The notes below the pieces were generated by a model. The model had not been told where the DNA came from and did no database searches. It saw nothing but the letters and a program-made list of their open reading frames with translations. The translations under genes were made by a program, and so were the position numbers. A stretch of 47,988 bases of DNA from an uncultured Candidatus Saccharibacteria bacterium (GTDB lineage: Bacteria > Patescibacteriota > Minisyncoccia > Phycocordibacterales > Phycocordibacteraceae), in NCBI GenBank assembly GCA_964404565.1, contig CAYOKK010000001.1:5674-53661 (forward strand). Reading direction: 5' to 3'. Position 1 is the first letter of the stretch. Every line of letters starts with the position of its first letter. Below are positions 1 through 8,149 of the stretch, in pieces.

Positions 1-79
1 CATATTCCCTAAGGAACGTAGCCTTCACCGATATCCCGGAGAGTTTCAACTTGACTTTCGTACAAGAAGCTGCCAAATC
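1..79 (-). ncRNA. Possible 5' part of an intron (group I-like?) interrupting the tRNA-Asp-like gene; runs off the window
   Basis: Sequence after the anticodon is not tRNA-like. It has a 5-bp P1-like hairpin (CUGUC/GGCAG) with a U-G wobble at U35. It also has a hairpin capped by a GAAA tetraloop (CUUG-U-AC GAAA GU CAAG). The 3' exon is not in the window. Confidence 0.2.
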
Positions 80-116
80 GACAGGCGGGTGCTCTAACCA
101 GTTGAGCTACGACTGC
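80..116 (-). tRNA. 5' portion of a tRNA-Asp(GTC)-like gene (acceptor 5' strand, D-arm, anticodon-stem 5' strand, anticodon)
   Basis: Minus strand reads GCAGTCG-TA-GCTC-AACTGGTTA-GAGC-A-CCCGC-CTGTC. The next nucleotides (GATTTGG...) cannot pair with CCCGC, and no T-arm or CGACTGC acceptor strand occurs in the remaining 79 nt. Confidence 0.45.
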
Positions 117-333
117 ACATTCTTGTCAAGTCCAAGGACTTGGATCGCACGCTCTAGTTTCTCACGTTTCCGCGGAAGAAAGAGCGGCGCGACCTCAGCA
201 GTATTATACATAAGGCAGTAAAGTGCAAGGCTATCATGATGGCTGAACTTGAGCTCATACCCTCTGCGCTTCTCAGTTATGGTCCCTTTCCTAATCCCAT
301 TCTTGCGCAGACAAGCATGGAGCTCTTTCGATT
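107..333 (-). pseudogene. LAGLIDADG-type homing-endonuclease-like C-terminal fragment (remnant) between two tRNA genes
   Basis: The open frame ...ELHACLRKNGIRKGTITEKRRGYELKFSHHDSLALYCLMY...LPRKREKLERAIQ resembles the C-terminal half-domain of LAGLIDADG/intein endonucleases by eye. Its only start codon lies inside tRNA-Met, so it is not an intact gene. Confidence 0.3.
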
Positions 334-336
334 CGG

Positions 337-410
337 TGTCGGGGGTGGGGAATGATCCCACGACCTTAGCGTTATGAGTGCTACGCTCTAACCAACTGAG
401 CTACCCCGAC
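337..410 (-). tRNA. tRNA with CAT anticodon (elongator Met or Ile2/lysidine type)
   Basis: Hand-folded cloverleaf: acceptor GTCGGGG/CCCCGAC, D-arm GCTC-AGTTGGTTA-GAGC, anticodon loop CTCATAA, T-arm GTGGG-ATCATTC-CCCAC, discriminator A. CCA is not encoded. The T-loop starts with A instead of T. Confidence 0.85.
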
Positions 411-466
411 GTTCTTGCACAATACTATCTTTATATTCTCATTTCAATATGGCCTGGCTCGGAAAC

Positions 467-495
467 TTGACAAGTATCCCCCTCCAAGTTATTGT
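467..495 (+). promoter_or_regulatory. Sigma70-like promoter candidate (TTGACA-17 nt-TATTGT)
   Basis: TTGACA at 467-472 and TATTGT at 490-495, upstream of a short ORF, a hairpin and the GNAT gene. Confidence 0.3.
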
Positions 496-613
496 ATAAA
501 GGTATGCATTACATACACAGCTACAACAAGCAGGCGGTAATGACGTTCCTCATCGGACGCGATTTCCCTATTGCTTGCGTGTAGCCGTGATTGTTTTTAC
601 CTCCTAAGAATTA

Positions 614-644
614 CCTCGGCTCTACGTAGAGCCGAGGCTTTTCT
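614..644 (+). terminator. Intrinsic-terminator-like hairpin immediately upstream of the GNAT gene (possible attenuator)
   Basis: Perfect palindrome CCTCGGCTCTAC/GTAGAGCCGAGG followed by CTTTTCT. Confidence 0.5.
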
Positions 645-704
645 ATGGCCTCACATGCAATACTAGAGCGTGTGCATTGTTCTTTGAACAAGAGAGGATC
701 AGAA

Positions 705-1355
705 ATGAATCACTGCATCGTACACCATGGCCTCGTCGGCTGCTCGCTTGCAGTAATGCAAGAAGCATATCTCTCGACGTTCTTGCAATTCGCGAACGAT
801 CCGAGAGTGGTCGAAGGAGTCCGCCTGACACCGCCGGTCGGCATGCCGGAAGAGCTTGATTGGCTTCAAAGACTATCGAAAAGGAAGGGTACTGACCACG
901 TCTTTGCCGTACTCCGTCATGACGGCGAAGTCAGTTCTCCGAGATACATCTACATCGGCCATACGGGTGTCCACGGTATTCTTTGGCCGAATGCTACCGG
1001 AGTGACCGGCTCATTACTGGGCGACCTCGAGAATCTAGGCAAAGGACACGGAACAGAGGCAAAGCTCTTGCTTCAGTACCACGCTTTCCGCATTCTCGGA
1101 CTACGCAAGCTTACCTCAGGCGTGAAGTCGTTCAATGCCCGCAGCCTGGGTCATCTCATAAAATGCGGGTATCGCATCGTCGGCCGTTACAAAGAACATG
1201 AATTCCATAATGGCGGATACGTCGATGAGATTCTGCTCGAGTGCTTCCGCGAAGATTGGGAGCCCGTTTGGGAGCAGTATCAAGCTACCAGGGAGCTGCC
1301 GAAGCTCACGGATGCGCAGCGCGATCTCGTCTGCAAAGAAACCGGACAGGAATAA
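705..1355 (+). CDS. GNAT family N-acetyltransferase (RimJ/RimL-like)
   Basis: Family-typical N-terminus ...FANDPRVVEGV... and a GNAT core (GKGHGTEA). The ATG at 705 follows GAGAGGA. The track ORF starts at 645, directly after the hairpin. Confidence 0.8.
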   Translation: MNHCIVHHGLVGCSLAVMQEAYLSTFLQFANDPRVVEGVRLTPPVGMPEELDWLQRLSKRKGTDHVFAVLRHDGEVSSPRYIYIGHTGVHGILWPNATGVTGSLLGDLENLGKGHGTEAKLLLQYHAFRILGLRKLTSGVKSFNARSLGHLIKCGYRIVGRYKEHEFHNGGYVDEILLECFREDWEPVWEQYQATRELPKLTDAQRDLVCKETGQE

Positions 1356-1376
1356 TACTGTTTCTTATCTGTACCT

Positions 1377-1397
1377 AGCCGCCCCTACGGGGCGGCT
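1377..1397. terminator. Bidirectional hairpin terminator between convergent genes
   Basis: AGCCGCCCC-TAC-GGGGCGGCT, followed by CTCTCTTTAT on the plus strand. It lies 7 nt beyond the stop of the minus-strand gene. Confidence 0.65.
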
Positions 1398-1403
1398 CTC
1401 TCT

Positions 1404-1628
1404 TTATATCTGCACCAGCCGGAAGACGAATTCCAGCAGCAGGACCGGCGTGAAGACGACCATGTAGAAGACTGCGGCCTTCCGGAAGAAATCGTTCACG
1501 AGGAAGTACATGATGCGCTCGAGGAAACGCTCGAACCGCTCGCCGAACGGTATGACGAGGCCGCCGAGATGATTCTCGAGCCACTGTGGACCGCCCCCGC
1601 CTGAATGCGCGCCGTGGTGCTGAGACAT
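1404..1628 (-). CDS. Small membrane protein, hypothetical
   Basis: 74 aa with a C-terminal hydrophobic helix, G/C-ending codon bias like its neighbours, 7 nt downstream of the preceding gene. Confidence 0.6.
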   Translation of the reverse strand: MSQHHGAHSGGGGPQWLENHLGGLVIPFGERFERFLERIMYFLVNDFFRKAAVFYMVVFTPVLLLEFVFRLVQI

Positions 1629-1635
1629 GCTGTGC

Positions 1636-1944
1636 TTACGCGATTCTTAACTCGAGCGTGCGTATGCGCTTCCCGTAGTCGATGAGGGTGACTGAATTGG
1701 CGTCGACCGCCTGCGCAGTATCGCCCAGCAATTCTTTCACGTCCTCCATGCCTACTTCGAGATTCCCGACCCGCCGATTCAGTTCGTGCGTGGTGGATTT
1801 CAGCTCATGAACATCAAGCTTCAGCTCGCCAATATCGGCAGTAAGGCGAGCGAACCCGTCCCGCATCTCGACAATCAGATTCGCTACCATATCTGTAAGC
1901 GTATCCAGTCTGCTCTCGATTGCCGTAAATCGTGCCTCACTCAT
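1636..1944 (-). CDS. Coiled-coil protein, hypothetical
   Basis: 102 aa with a heptad-like Leu/Glu/Arg-rich sequence. No recognisable catalytic motif. Confidence 0.6.
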   Translation of the reverse strand: MSEARFTAIESRLDTLTDMVANLIVEMRDGFARLTADIGELKLDVHELKSTTHELNRRVGNLEVGMEDVKELLGDTAQAVDANSVTLIDYGKRIRTLELRIA

Positions 1945-2051
1945 GCAAACAGTATATCACCGCGCGTTTTATGAAGCCTTTTTATCGCTATCCACACCCG
2001 CCCATTTCTCTTTATCTTTCTCCTATCTAATCGCACACCTATACGAAATCT

Positions 2052-3290
2052 CTACTTCGCGCGAAGCACGCCGCAGACCCTCTCCCCTTGCGCTATGTCA
2101 CGCGCCAGCCCCGCCACACTCTCGAATGAGATATCTTGTATCGCCTCTGTGCGCTGTCCTGGCGAGCCATGCGCGTAGTCGACAGTATCGTCATGCGCGT
2201 ACGATTCTGCGATTTCTATCGCGCTTCCCATGTTGCGCATCATGTCTGCTTCTAAGAGCGCCTTCGCAGAAGCAAACTCTTCCGGTGTGAGAGGCATAGT
2301 TCCATAGGAGGATATCGCATCCTCTATCACCTCTCTCGCCTGCTGCTCTTTGCCAGCAGGAATGGCTGTCTGTATATAAAGGTAAGAAATGGTGCTGTAA
2401 GCTGCCGCATGAGCGGATATGTCATATCCTAACCCGGCTTCTCTGCTCAGCCGCGCAATGCGAGAATTACTCATGCCGCCGAATACGTATGCGAGCAGCA
2501 TATCCATATCCTGACCGATTCTCGGCAGGGGTAGTAACCAAGCCAGATACGTCTCCGCGCCCTCACCTTCTTGAGAGAATTCAACCAAATCAGGCAATTG
2601 CTCACGCCATAAGGACGGACTCTCCTTCGACAAGGAAGATTCCCGGACGAGAGTGCCGAAGTGTTCTTGTATTGTCTGAGCTACGGCATCAGTTCCAGAA
2701 CCGACGATATACACGCGTACCGCCGCCTGCTCCCAGTGCCTCTTTGCCCGTGCTGCGAAGAGCTCAGGCGAAAGGTCTGGCAGCCCTGAAAACGTACCGA
2801 ACAGCGACCTGCCTAGAGGACCCTGTATGGCCGCCTGTTCGAGCTGATCAGAAAGGATGAGCGGGTAGTCTGTCTGATATGCGGAGTATTCATCGTGCAT
2901 GATCTCTGACTCGCGAGCAATATCTTTCTCGCTCCACGAATGGTTCGTTATGAGCGACGCTAACAGCTGTATCGCTTCGGCAGCGTGAGACGGAAGGCAA
3001 TCTATCCAGTACGTACTGTACTCTTTTCGGACATGCGCATTGAAGGCTCCTCCCATGCGCTCGATACGACCTAAGATATTCTTATCCTGCAGCCCTGATC
3101 TGCGCGGGGAGAAGAACAGGTGTTCAAGCAGGTGCGTCTCTCCGTTCCGCTCATCTGAATCATGTATAGCCCCTTCGCCGACCGACAGAAGTATGGTCGT
3201 CGTCTTGGCATCAGTAGGGATATAGACGGCCTCAATCCCGTTAGGCAATCGTTCGGAGCGCATTTCACCTATAGTTGACATATGCGACAC
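2052..3290 (-). CDS. M16 (pitrilysin/insulinase) family zinc peptidase
   Basis: Inverted zinc motif HxxEH (ETHLLEHLFF) near the N-terminus, about 410 aa. The track start is GTG at 3290; the first ATG is at 3281, 11 nt downstream of a TATAAT. Confidence 0.85.
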   Translation of the reverse strand: MSHMSTIGEMRSERLPNGIEAVYIPTDAKTTTILLSVGEGAIHDSDERNGETHLLEHLFFSPRRSGLQDKNILGRIERMGGAFNAHVRKEYSTYWIDCLPSHAAEAIQLLASLITNHSWSEKDIARESEIMHDEYSAYQTDYPLILSDQLEQAAIQGPLGRSLFGTFSGLPDLSPELFAARAKRHWEQAAVRVYIVGSGTDAVAQTIQEHFGTLVRESSLSKESPSLWREQLPDLVEFSQEGEGAETYLAWLLPLPRIGQDMDMLLAYVFGGMSNSRIARLSREAGLGYDISAHAAAYSTISYLYIQTAIPAGKEQQAREVIEDAISSYGTMPLTPEEFASAKALLEADMMRNMGSAIEIAESYAHDDTVDYAHGSPGQRTEAIQDISFESVAGLARDIAQGERVCGVLRAK

Positions 3291-3358
3291 ATATTATACT
3301 ATAACGCGCGGAGCAGCAATCGTGCTTGTTCTCGGCCCGTAGTTGATAGGAGGTTGAT

Positions 3359-3502
3359 ATGGGCTTATTCGGTAAGAGCGGCAAGGGTTCGAAGGGCAGC
3401 AGGGCCGTTTCGGGTACCAGTTACTCGAAGGCGCGCAGCGTCCCGCACTCGACTCACAAGAGCGGCCGCACGAGCAAGGGCAGCAGCCGGATCAAGAAAT
3501 GA
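3359..3502 (+). CDS. Small basic Lys/Ser/Gly-rich protein (47 aa), hypothetical; not on the ORF track
   Basis: AGGAGG lies 5 nt upstream of the ATG. Product is MGLFGKSGKGSKGSRAVSGTSYSKARSVPHSTHKSGRTSKGSSRIKK, with TGA at 3500-3502 and a strong hairpin 14 nt downstream. Confidence 0.6.
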   Translation: MGLFGKSGKGSKGSRAVSGTSYSKARSVPHSTHKSGRTSKGSSRIKK

Positions 3503-3515
3503 CCGGCACATGAGA

Positions 3516-3551
3516 CGGGCGGAAGACAACTGTCTTCCGCCCGCATTCTTT
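3516..3551. terminator. Bidirectional intrinsic terminator
   Basis: GGGCGGAAGACA-AC-TGTCTTCCGCCC followed by GCATTCTTTT, between convergent genes. Confidence 0.75.
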
Positions 3552-3567
3552 TATATAGAGTTCGAGG

Positions 3568-4953
3568 CTATGCCGAACCCTCCGGAAGCTCCACGATGAA
3601 CGTAGAGCCCTTGTCCTTTCCTTCTGATTCCGCCCATACCTTGCCGCCGTGCGCCTCGATGATGTTCTTCACGATATAGAGGCCGAAGCCGGTCGAATCT
3701 ACGTTCACCTTCTGGCTCTCTGCGCCGTGGCCGCCCTCGGTGAAGAGGTGCCGCATGTCTTCCGGCGTGATGCCGACGCCGGTGTCCTCCGTCGTGAAGC
3801 GGATGACCTTACCGTCGTCGGTGAGCGTTATCTTTATATTCCCCTGCGGCGTGTACTTGATGGCATTGTCTACGAGGTTGCGGATGGCGTTCTCCATCTG
3901 CATCTGGTCGCCGATGAGCGTTACATCTTTCTTCGGCATCGAGAGCGTTATTCCAACACCTTTCTTCTCTGCGACAGGCATAAGCGAGTCAACGATTGTT
4001 TTTATGAGCTCGTTGAAATCAAAAGCTGTCTTAGCATATTCCACCTTTCCGCTCTTGATGTTCGCTGCATTAAGTATCTCCTGAATAGTTTGCGCGCCTT
4101 TCGTGGCAGAGTTGAATCCTTCCTCGATCATGGGCTTCATAGCATCCGGTACCGGACCGAAATCCTCCTCCTGGATCATCGAGAAGATGTTGCGCGACTT
4201 CGCGACGAAGCCCTTCAGTTGGTGGGTAATGAAGTGTATGAGCGTAACCTGCTGCCTGTTCGCTTCCGTAAGCTCGCCGTTCAGCTTCTGGAGCTCCTTG
4301 TATATGCGTGCACGATCAAGTGCGACCGCCGCAACGTCGATGATGCTTTCGAGTGACTCCTTCTCGAACTTCGTCAGCTCGTCGTAGGGGCGGTTGAAAC
4401 ACATGATGAGCACGTCGGTCATCTTTCCGTCGATGCGGAGCGGGTAGGCGAGCATGCTCTTTATGTGGGCCTCGTCAATCGCCTTTTGCAGCACTTCCTC
4501 TGGAAGCGTCTTTCCCCACAAATCCCTCAGGTCATGGGAGTGGCTCGCCTCGCCATCAAGGAGTTTCGTGAAAAAAGGATGTTTCGAAGCTTCTAATATC
4601 GTATGTGACTGGAAAGGGTGATCACCCTTAACGACTTGTTCGAGACGGTCAGAACGGCTGAAAACGAGAGGAGTAAGGGTATCTGCATCGCGATCGTATC
4701 TGAAGATGCATACCAGATCGAATTCGAGCGCTTCGCGTATGATAGTGACGATCTTCTCAGAAAGCGTTTCGGGGTCAAGAGTGACAATGCTTATCTGATA
4801 GAGCTGGCGGAGAAGAGAAAGAGTCTTGTTATGGATCGCAAGCTCGTGGCTATGTTCGTATAGCCGCTCATTCGCGAGACGGAGCTGCTCCTCCATCGAA
4901 GCAGCGGAATTGACGGGGACCGTAGTCGTGCGGCCGGCTTCTTGCGGGTCCAT
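3568..4953 (-). CDS. Cytoplasmic sensor histidine kinase with GAF-like domain
   Basis: H-box region FITHQLKGF; N box NLVDNAIKYT; G1 DTGVGI; G2 GFGLYIVKNIIEAHGG. No predicted TM segments, and a coiled-coil N-terminus. Confidence 0.9.
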   Translation of the reverse strand: MDPQEAGRTTTVPVNSAASMEEQLRLANERLYEHSHELAIHNKTLSLLRQLYQISIVTLDPETLSEKIVTIIREALEFDLVCIFRYDRDADTLTPLVFSRSDRLEQVVKGDHPFQSHTILEASKHPFFTKLLDGEASHSHDLRDLWGKTLPEEVLQKAIDEAHIKSMLAYPLRIDGKMTDVLIMCFNRPYDELTKFEKESLESIIDVAAVALDRARIYKELQKLNGELTEANRQQVTLIHFITHQLKGFVAKSRNIFSMIQEEDFGPVPDAMKPMIEEGFNSATKGAQTIQEILNAANIKSGKVEYAKTAFDFNELIKTIVDSLMPVAEKKGVGITLSMPKKDVTLIGDQMQMENAIRNLVDNAIKYTPQGNIKITLTDDGKVIRFTTEDTGVGITPEDMRHLFTEGGHGAESQKVNVDSTGFGLYIVKNIIEAHGGKVWAESEGKDKGSTFIVELPEGSA

Positions 4954-4965
4954 ACGGCACTGCTA

Positions 4966-5253
4966 CTACGCAGCCGCAAGCGTCGAAGGAACGTCGGACG
5001 GCGAAAGATCTGCTAAAAGCGAAACGACCGCTTCCCTACAGACCTCCCGCGATGCGCGGCCGAAGAGACGTTCATAGCGGTCTACGAGATTGTCTACAAC
5101 CGTCTTCGGCTCAGCTCCTGAAATCTGGACCGCAGTGTGGTTCTGAAAGACGAGTCCTGAGACATGTTCAGCCTCTTGCCAGGCAATAGGGCCTATGATG
5201 AGCTCCTGCTCCTTGATGATCCTTGTGGCGATCTGATCGAAGGTTGTGGTCAT
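4966..5253 (-). CDS. Hypothetical small soluble protein
   Basis: 95 aa, overlaps the upstream gene by 4 nt and sits 12 nt upstream of the HK gene. No motif recognised. Confidence 0.55.
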   Translation of the reverse strand: MTTTFDQIATRIIKEQELIIGPIAWQEAEHVSGLVFQNHTAVQISGAEPKTVVDNLVDRYERLFGRASREVCREAVVSLLADLSPSDVPSTLAAA

Positions 5254-6080
5254 ACGCTTGAAGATGGCTCTTTCTGATGCGGGCGCGGACGAGTGAACCC
5301 GAGGACGCCGAACGTCAGTGCGAAAGTGCCAAGCGAGAGTATGAGATCTCCCACATTCGCATTGTAGTACGTTCCGACCGTCGTAGTGTATGAGAATATC
5401 GCATCTGCCACGAACATGATGGCGAGTCCTGCAAGGATAACGTATATATCAAAGCGGTACCTGCCGCCGAGATACGGGAACGATAAGCCTGAGATGATCA
5501 CCGCGAGAACTGCGGCAAGGAGATCGCCAAGCGGATAGACAATATCCAAGAACGCCTTGAGCAGCGGTTCACCTTCTGGAACGAGGACACCGCCCCGGGC
5601 AACCATAACGAGAATATGGTATGAGAGGGCTGTAATCCCTACGAACGCAAGGAAGACAAGCCACTTTGTATACCAGTGCCGAAATGCGAACTTGGCGCCT
5701 GTAGCTTTTGCAAGATATATCGCGCCGATTCCATAAAAGAATATGGAAGGCGCGAATCCTATGTCAGCAAGCGAAGGGTACGGTGCCGGGATGCCTGCAA
5801 AGAAGTTGTAGTACGACCAGATGGTCTCTCCGCACCCCCACAAGAAGACGCCGAGCCCTATGAAGAAAACTGCCTTTCCGACAGCGCTATGCAGCCCTCC
5901 CCAGACTTGTGATAGGAACATGGCAACAATACCGCCGAAGAGCGGGACGAGGCCGAAGAGGAAGGAGAATAGGTAATTATAGGTACCGTCCGTGAATCCC
6001 GACCATCGGATCCATGCCCAGAAGAGGGTGTTAAGTACAAAAAATGCTAGCGCGAGTTTCTGCGGTAGCGTGAGGCTCAT
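5250..6080 (-). CDS. Polytopic membrane protein (about 8 TM), hypothetical; possibly a sensor-type membrane module
   Basis: 276 aa that is almost entirely hydrophobic helices, at the head of a co-directional trio ending in the soluble HK. Confidence 0.65.
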   Translation of the reverse strand: MSLTLPQKLALAFFVLNTLFWAWIRWSGFTDGTYNYLFSFLFGLVPLFGGIVAMFLSQVWGGLHSAVGKAVFFIGLGVFLWGCGETIWSYYNFFAGIPAPYPSLADIGFAPSIFFYGIGAIYLAKATGAKFAFRHWYTKWLVFLAFVGITALSYHILVMVARGGVLVPEGEPLLKAFLDIVYPLGDLLAAVLAVIISGLSFPYLGGRYRFDIYVILAGLAIMFVADAIFSYTTTVGTYYNANVGDLILSLGTFALTFGVLGFTRPRPHQKEPSSSV

Positions 6081-6110
6081 AGATACAGTGTACCCCCTAC
6101 TGGGGGGCCG

Positions 6111-7241
6111 TCAAACGAAATACACATCTGGCTTGGGGAAACCGTTAAATGGAGAAATCGCGACCAAACTGTACGCGCCTACGTCATGGAATACCAGCTT
6201 ATCCCCCACGTTTATGTCTGCCGGCAGCAGTGCCTCTCGACTTATCACATCCGGGCTATCCCCTGTCGGCCCTGCAAGGGCAAAAAGCTTCTCTCCAGCA
6301 TCGTATGAAGGGCGAAGACTGCTTACCTTATACCGAGTCGAGCCTTGATAAGCCATGGTTTCAAAAAGACCGCTGTACACTCCGGCATCCAAGAACAGCC
6401 ATGAATTCTCACGGCGTTCTATGCGAGCGATCACGCTTGCAACAAGAACGCCTGTCTCAGCGACCAAACCGCGCCCTGGTTCAAGCATGACATACGGCTT
6501 ATAGGGAAGCCTATTATACGCTTCGTACGTATGCGCAGCGATTTCTTCCAAGGTGAGCGCAACCTCAGATGACGCGTATGCGCACGGGAACCCGCCTCCC
6601 ATGTTGAGCATCTTTATCTTAATGCCGTGCACTGCATCCAGTTCCTCGAGGACAGGGGTGAGCTCTTCTATCGCTTCAGCCCATGCGCGAGGGTTGCTTG
6701 CCTGAGAGCCGACGTGGAAGCTGATGCCATACGGGTCGAGTCCGAGCTCTTTGGCACGGAGCAAGAGCGGTATCACGTTCGCCTTCTCTGTGCCGAATTT
6801 CTCGGAGAACTTGAATACGCTGCCGGTATCATTTACGGTCATGCGGATATAGACTCGGGACCCCGGTGCGGCTACCGCTATCTTTTCCACTTCCTCGAAA
6901 GAGTCCGCAGCATACCGTTCGACACCGTACTCATGAAACTCACGGATATGCTGCGCCGGCTTAACAGAGGTACCGTATATCATTCTTTCGCCGGGTATCT
7001 TAAGTTCCTTGAGCATGTGAAGCTCATAAACTGATGCTATCTCGAAGTTTGCCCCTTCCTCGTAGAGGGTTGCGAGTATTTCAGGCTCTGCATTCGCCTT
7101 CATGGCGAAGTTGATGATCGCGTCGGGGAAATGGGTCGCGAAGTTCCGATACTTCTCTTTCACCTTATCAAGAGAGAATGCGAAGAAGGGCGTTTTTTTC
7201 TGAAGGCTCTCTAGCGCTTCTGGCGAGAACGGGTTGTTCAT
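6111..7241 (-). CDS. PLP-dependent (alanine-racemase-fold, group IV) ornithine/lysine decarboxylase-like enzyme
   Basis: PLP-lysine motif FAMKAN, GGGFP, EPGR (MLEPGRGLV) and GPTGDSPD (GPTCDS-like). 376 aa. Confidence 0.8.
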   Translation of the reverse strand: MNNPFSPEALESLQKKTPFFAFSLDKVKEKYRNFATHFPDAIINFAMKANAEPEILATLYEEGANFEIASVYELHMLKELKIPGERMIYGTSVKPAQHIREFHEYGVERYAADSFEEVEKIAVAAPGSRVYIRMTVNDTGSVFKFSEKFGTEKANVIPLLLRAKELGLDPYGISFHVGSQASNPRAWAEAIEELTPVLEELDAVHGIKIKMLNMGGGFPCAYASSEVALTLEEIAAHTYEAYNRLPYKPYVMLEPGRGLVAETGVLVASVIARIERRENSWLFLDAGVYSGLFETMAYQGSTRYKVSSLRPSYDAGEKLFALAGPTGDSPDVISREALLPADINVGDKLVFHDVGAYSLVAISPFNGFPKPDVYFV

Positions 7242-7255
7242 GATGATAGTATGTA

Positions 7256-8149
7256 TTACAGCACAGATACGAGCATAATGCCAATAACAATGACTACGCT
7301 CGCGGCGAGCTGTACGGAAGTTGTCCGTTCTTTAAGGAATACCCGCGCAAGTACGATTGTCGGCAGCGAGAAGGCTCCTGAGAGGAGCGCCACCACGCTC
7401 GTGAGCGTAGTGGCGCCGTACCCCCAGCTGATAGCCAGATATGCACCCATTTCCGTCGCTCCAATAAGGATAAGATACTTCCATATTTCCGGCTTCTCCA
7501 CCTGTAGCCGTATCTTACGGAGCCATGCAAAGCACAAGAGCGCGAGCGTCATGAATACGTACATGAGCATCGAGTAGGTAAGCCAATCTTTCCCGCTTAC
7601 GAATTCGTTCCACCCTAAAGTCCATACAGCAGCAAGCACGGCAGCAAGAGCTACTTGCCGGAATCCTGGAACACGCACGAAGCTCAACCTCCGCATGCGC
7701 AACGCGGCGAAATCAACATTGAGAAGAAATATGCCGATGAAGATAACGACCAGCGCCATGACTAGCTGGCCGCTTAGGACTTCGCCCAGGAACAGCGTTG
7801 AGAATAGTGCGACGAGACCTGAGTATGAGGCAAAGAACGGGTTCAGGATGGCTACCTGCCCTTTCCCGAAGCCGATATATACCAATAAATAAACGATTCC
7901 CTGAAGGAGGCCGAAGAACGCTAGACCGGCCCACACTCCCGCATCTTTCGGTAACAGGAACACATGCCCTCCGATAAGCGCTATGAGAACGACTGCCGCG
8001 ATGGCTAATGTTCCGAATATATGCGCTATGACGAGCGTAACAATATCTCCTATCTCATCTATGGTCTTCTTGGCGAAAAGGTCGGCAAGTCCCCAGCCGA
8101 GCATGCCACCGAGGCCGGTGAGTACGGCGATAAGTAGTTCTTGTTGCAT
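7256..8149 (-). CDS. EamA/DMT family transporter
   Basis: 297 aa with about 10 TM helices in two similar halves, typical of the DMT superfamily. Confidence 0.75.
   Translation of the reverse strand: MQQELLIAVLTGLGGMLGWGLADLFAKKTIDEIGDIVTLVIAHIFGTLAIAAVVLIALIGGHVFLLPKDAGVWAGLAFFGLLQGIVYLLVYIGFGKGQVAILNPFFASYSGLVALFSTLFLGEVLSGQLVMALVVIFIGIFLLNVDFAALRMRRLSFVRVPGFRQVALAAVLAAVWTLGWNEFVSGKDWLTYSMLMYVFMTLALLCFAWLRKIRLQVEKPEIWKYLILIGATEMGAYLAISWGYGATTLTSVVALLSGAFSLPTIVLARVFLKERTTSVQLAASVVIVIGIMLVSVL

Noticed and set aside
3282-3599. The 105-aa Arg/Ala-rich plus-strand ORF.
   Set aside because: It overlaps the M16 gene start, reads through the terminator hairpin and overlaps the 3' end of the HK gene. 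The 47-aa ORF in another frame has the SD and terminator.
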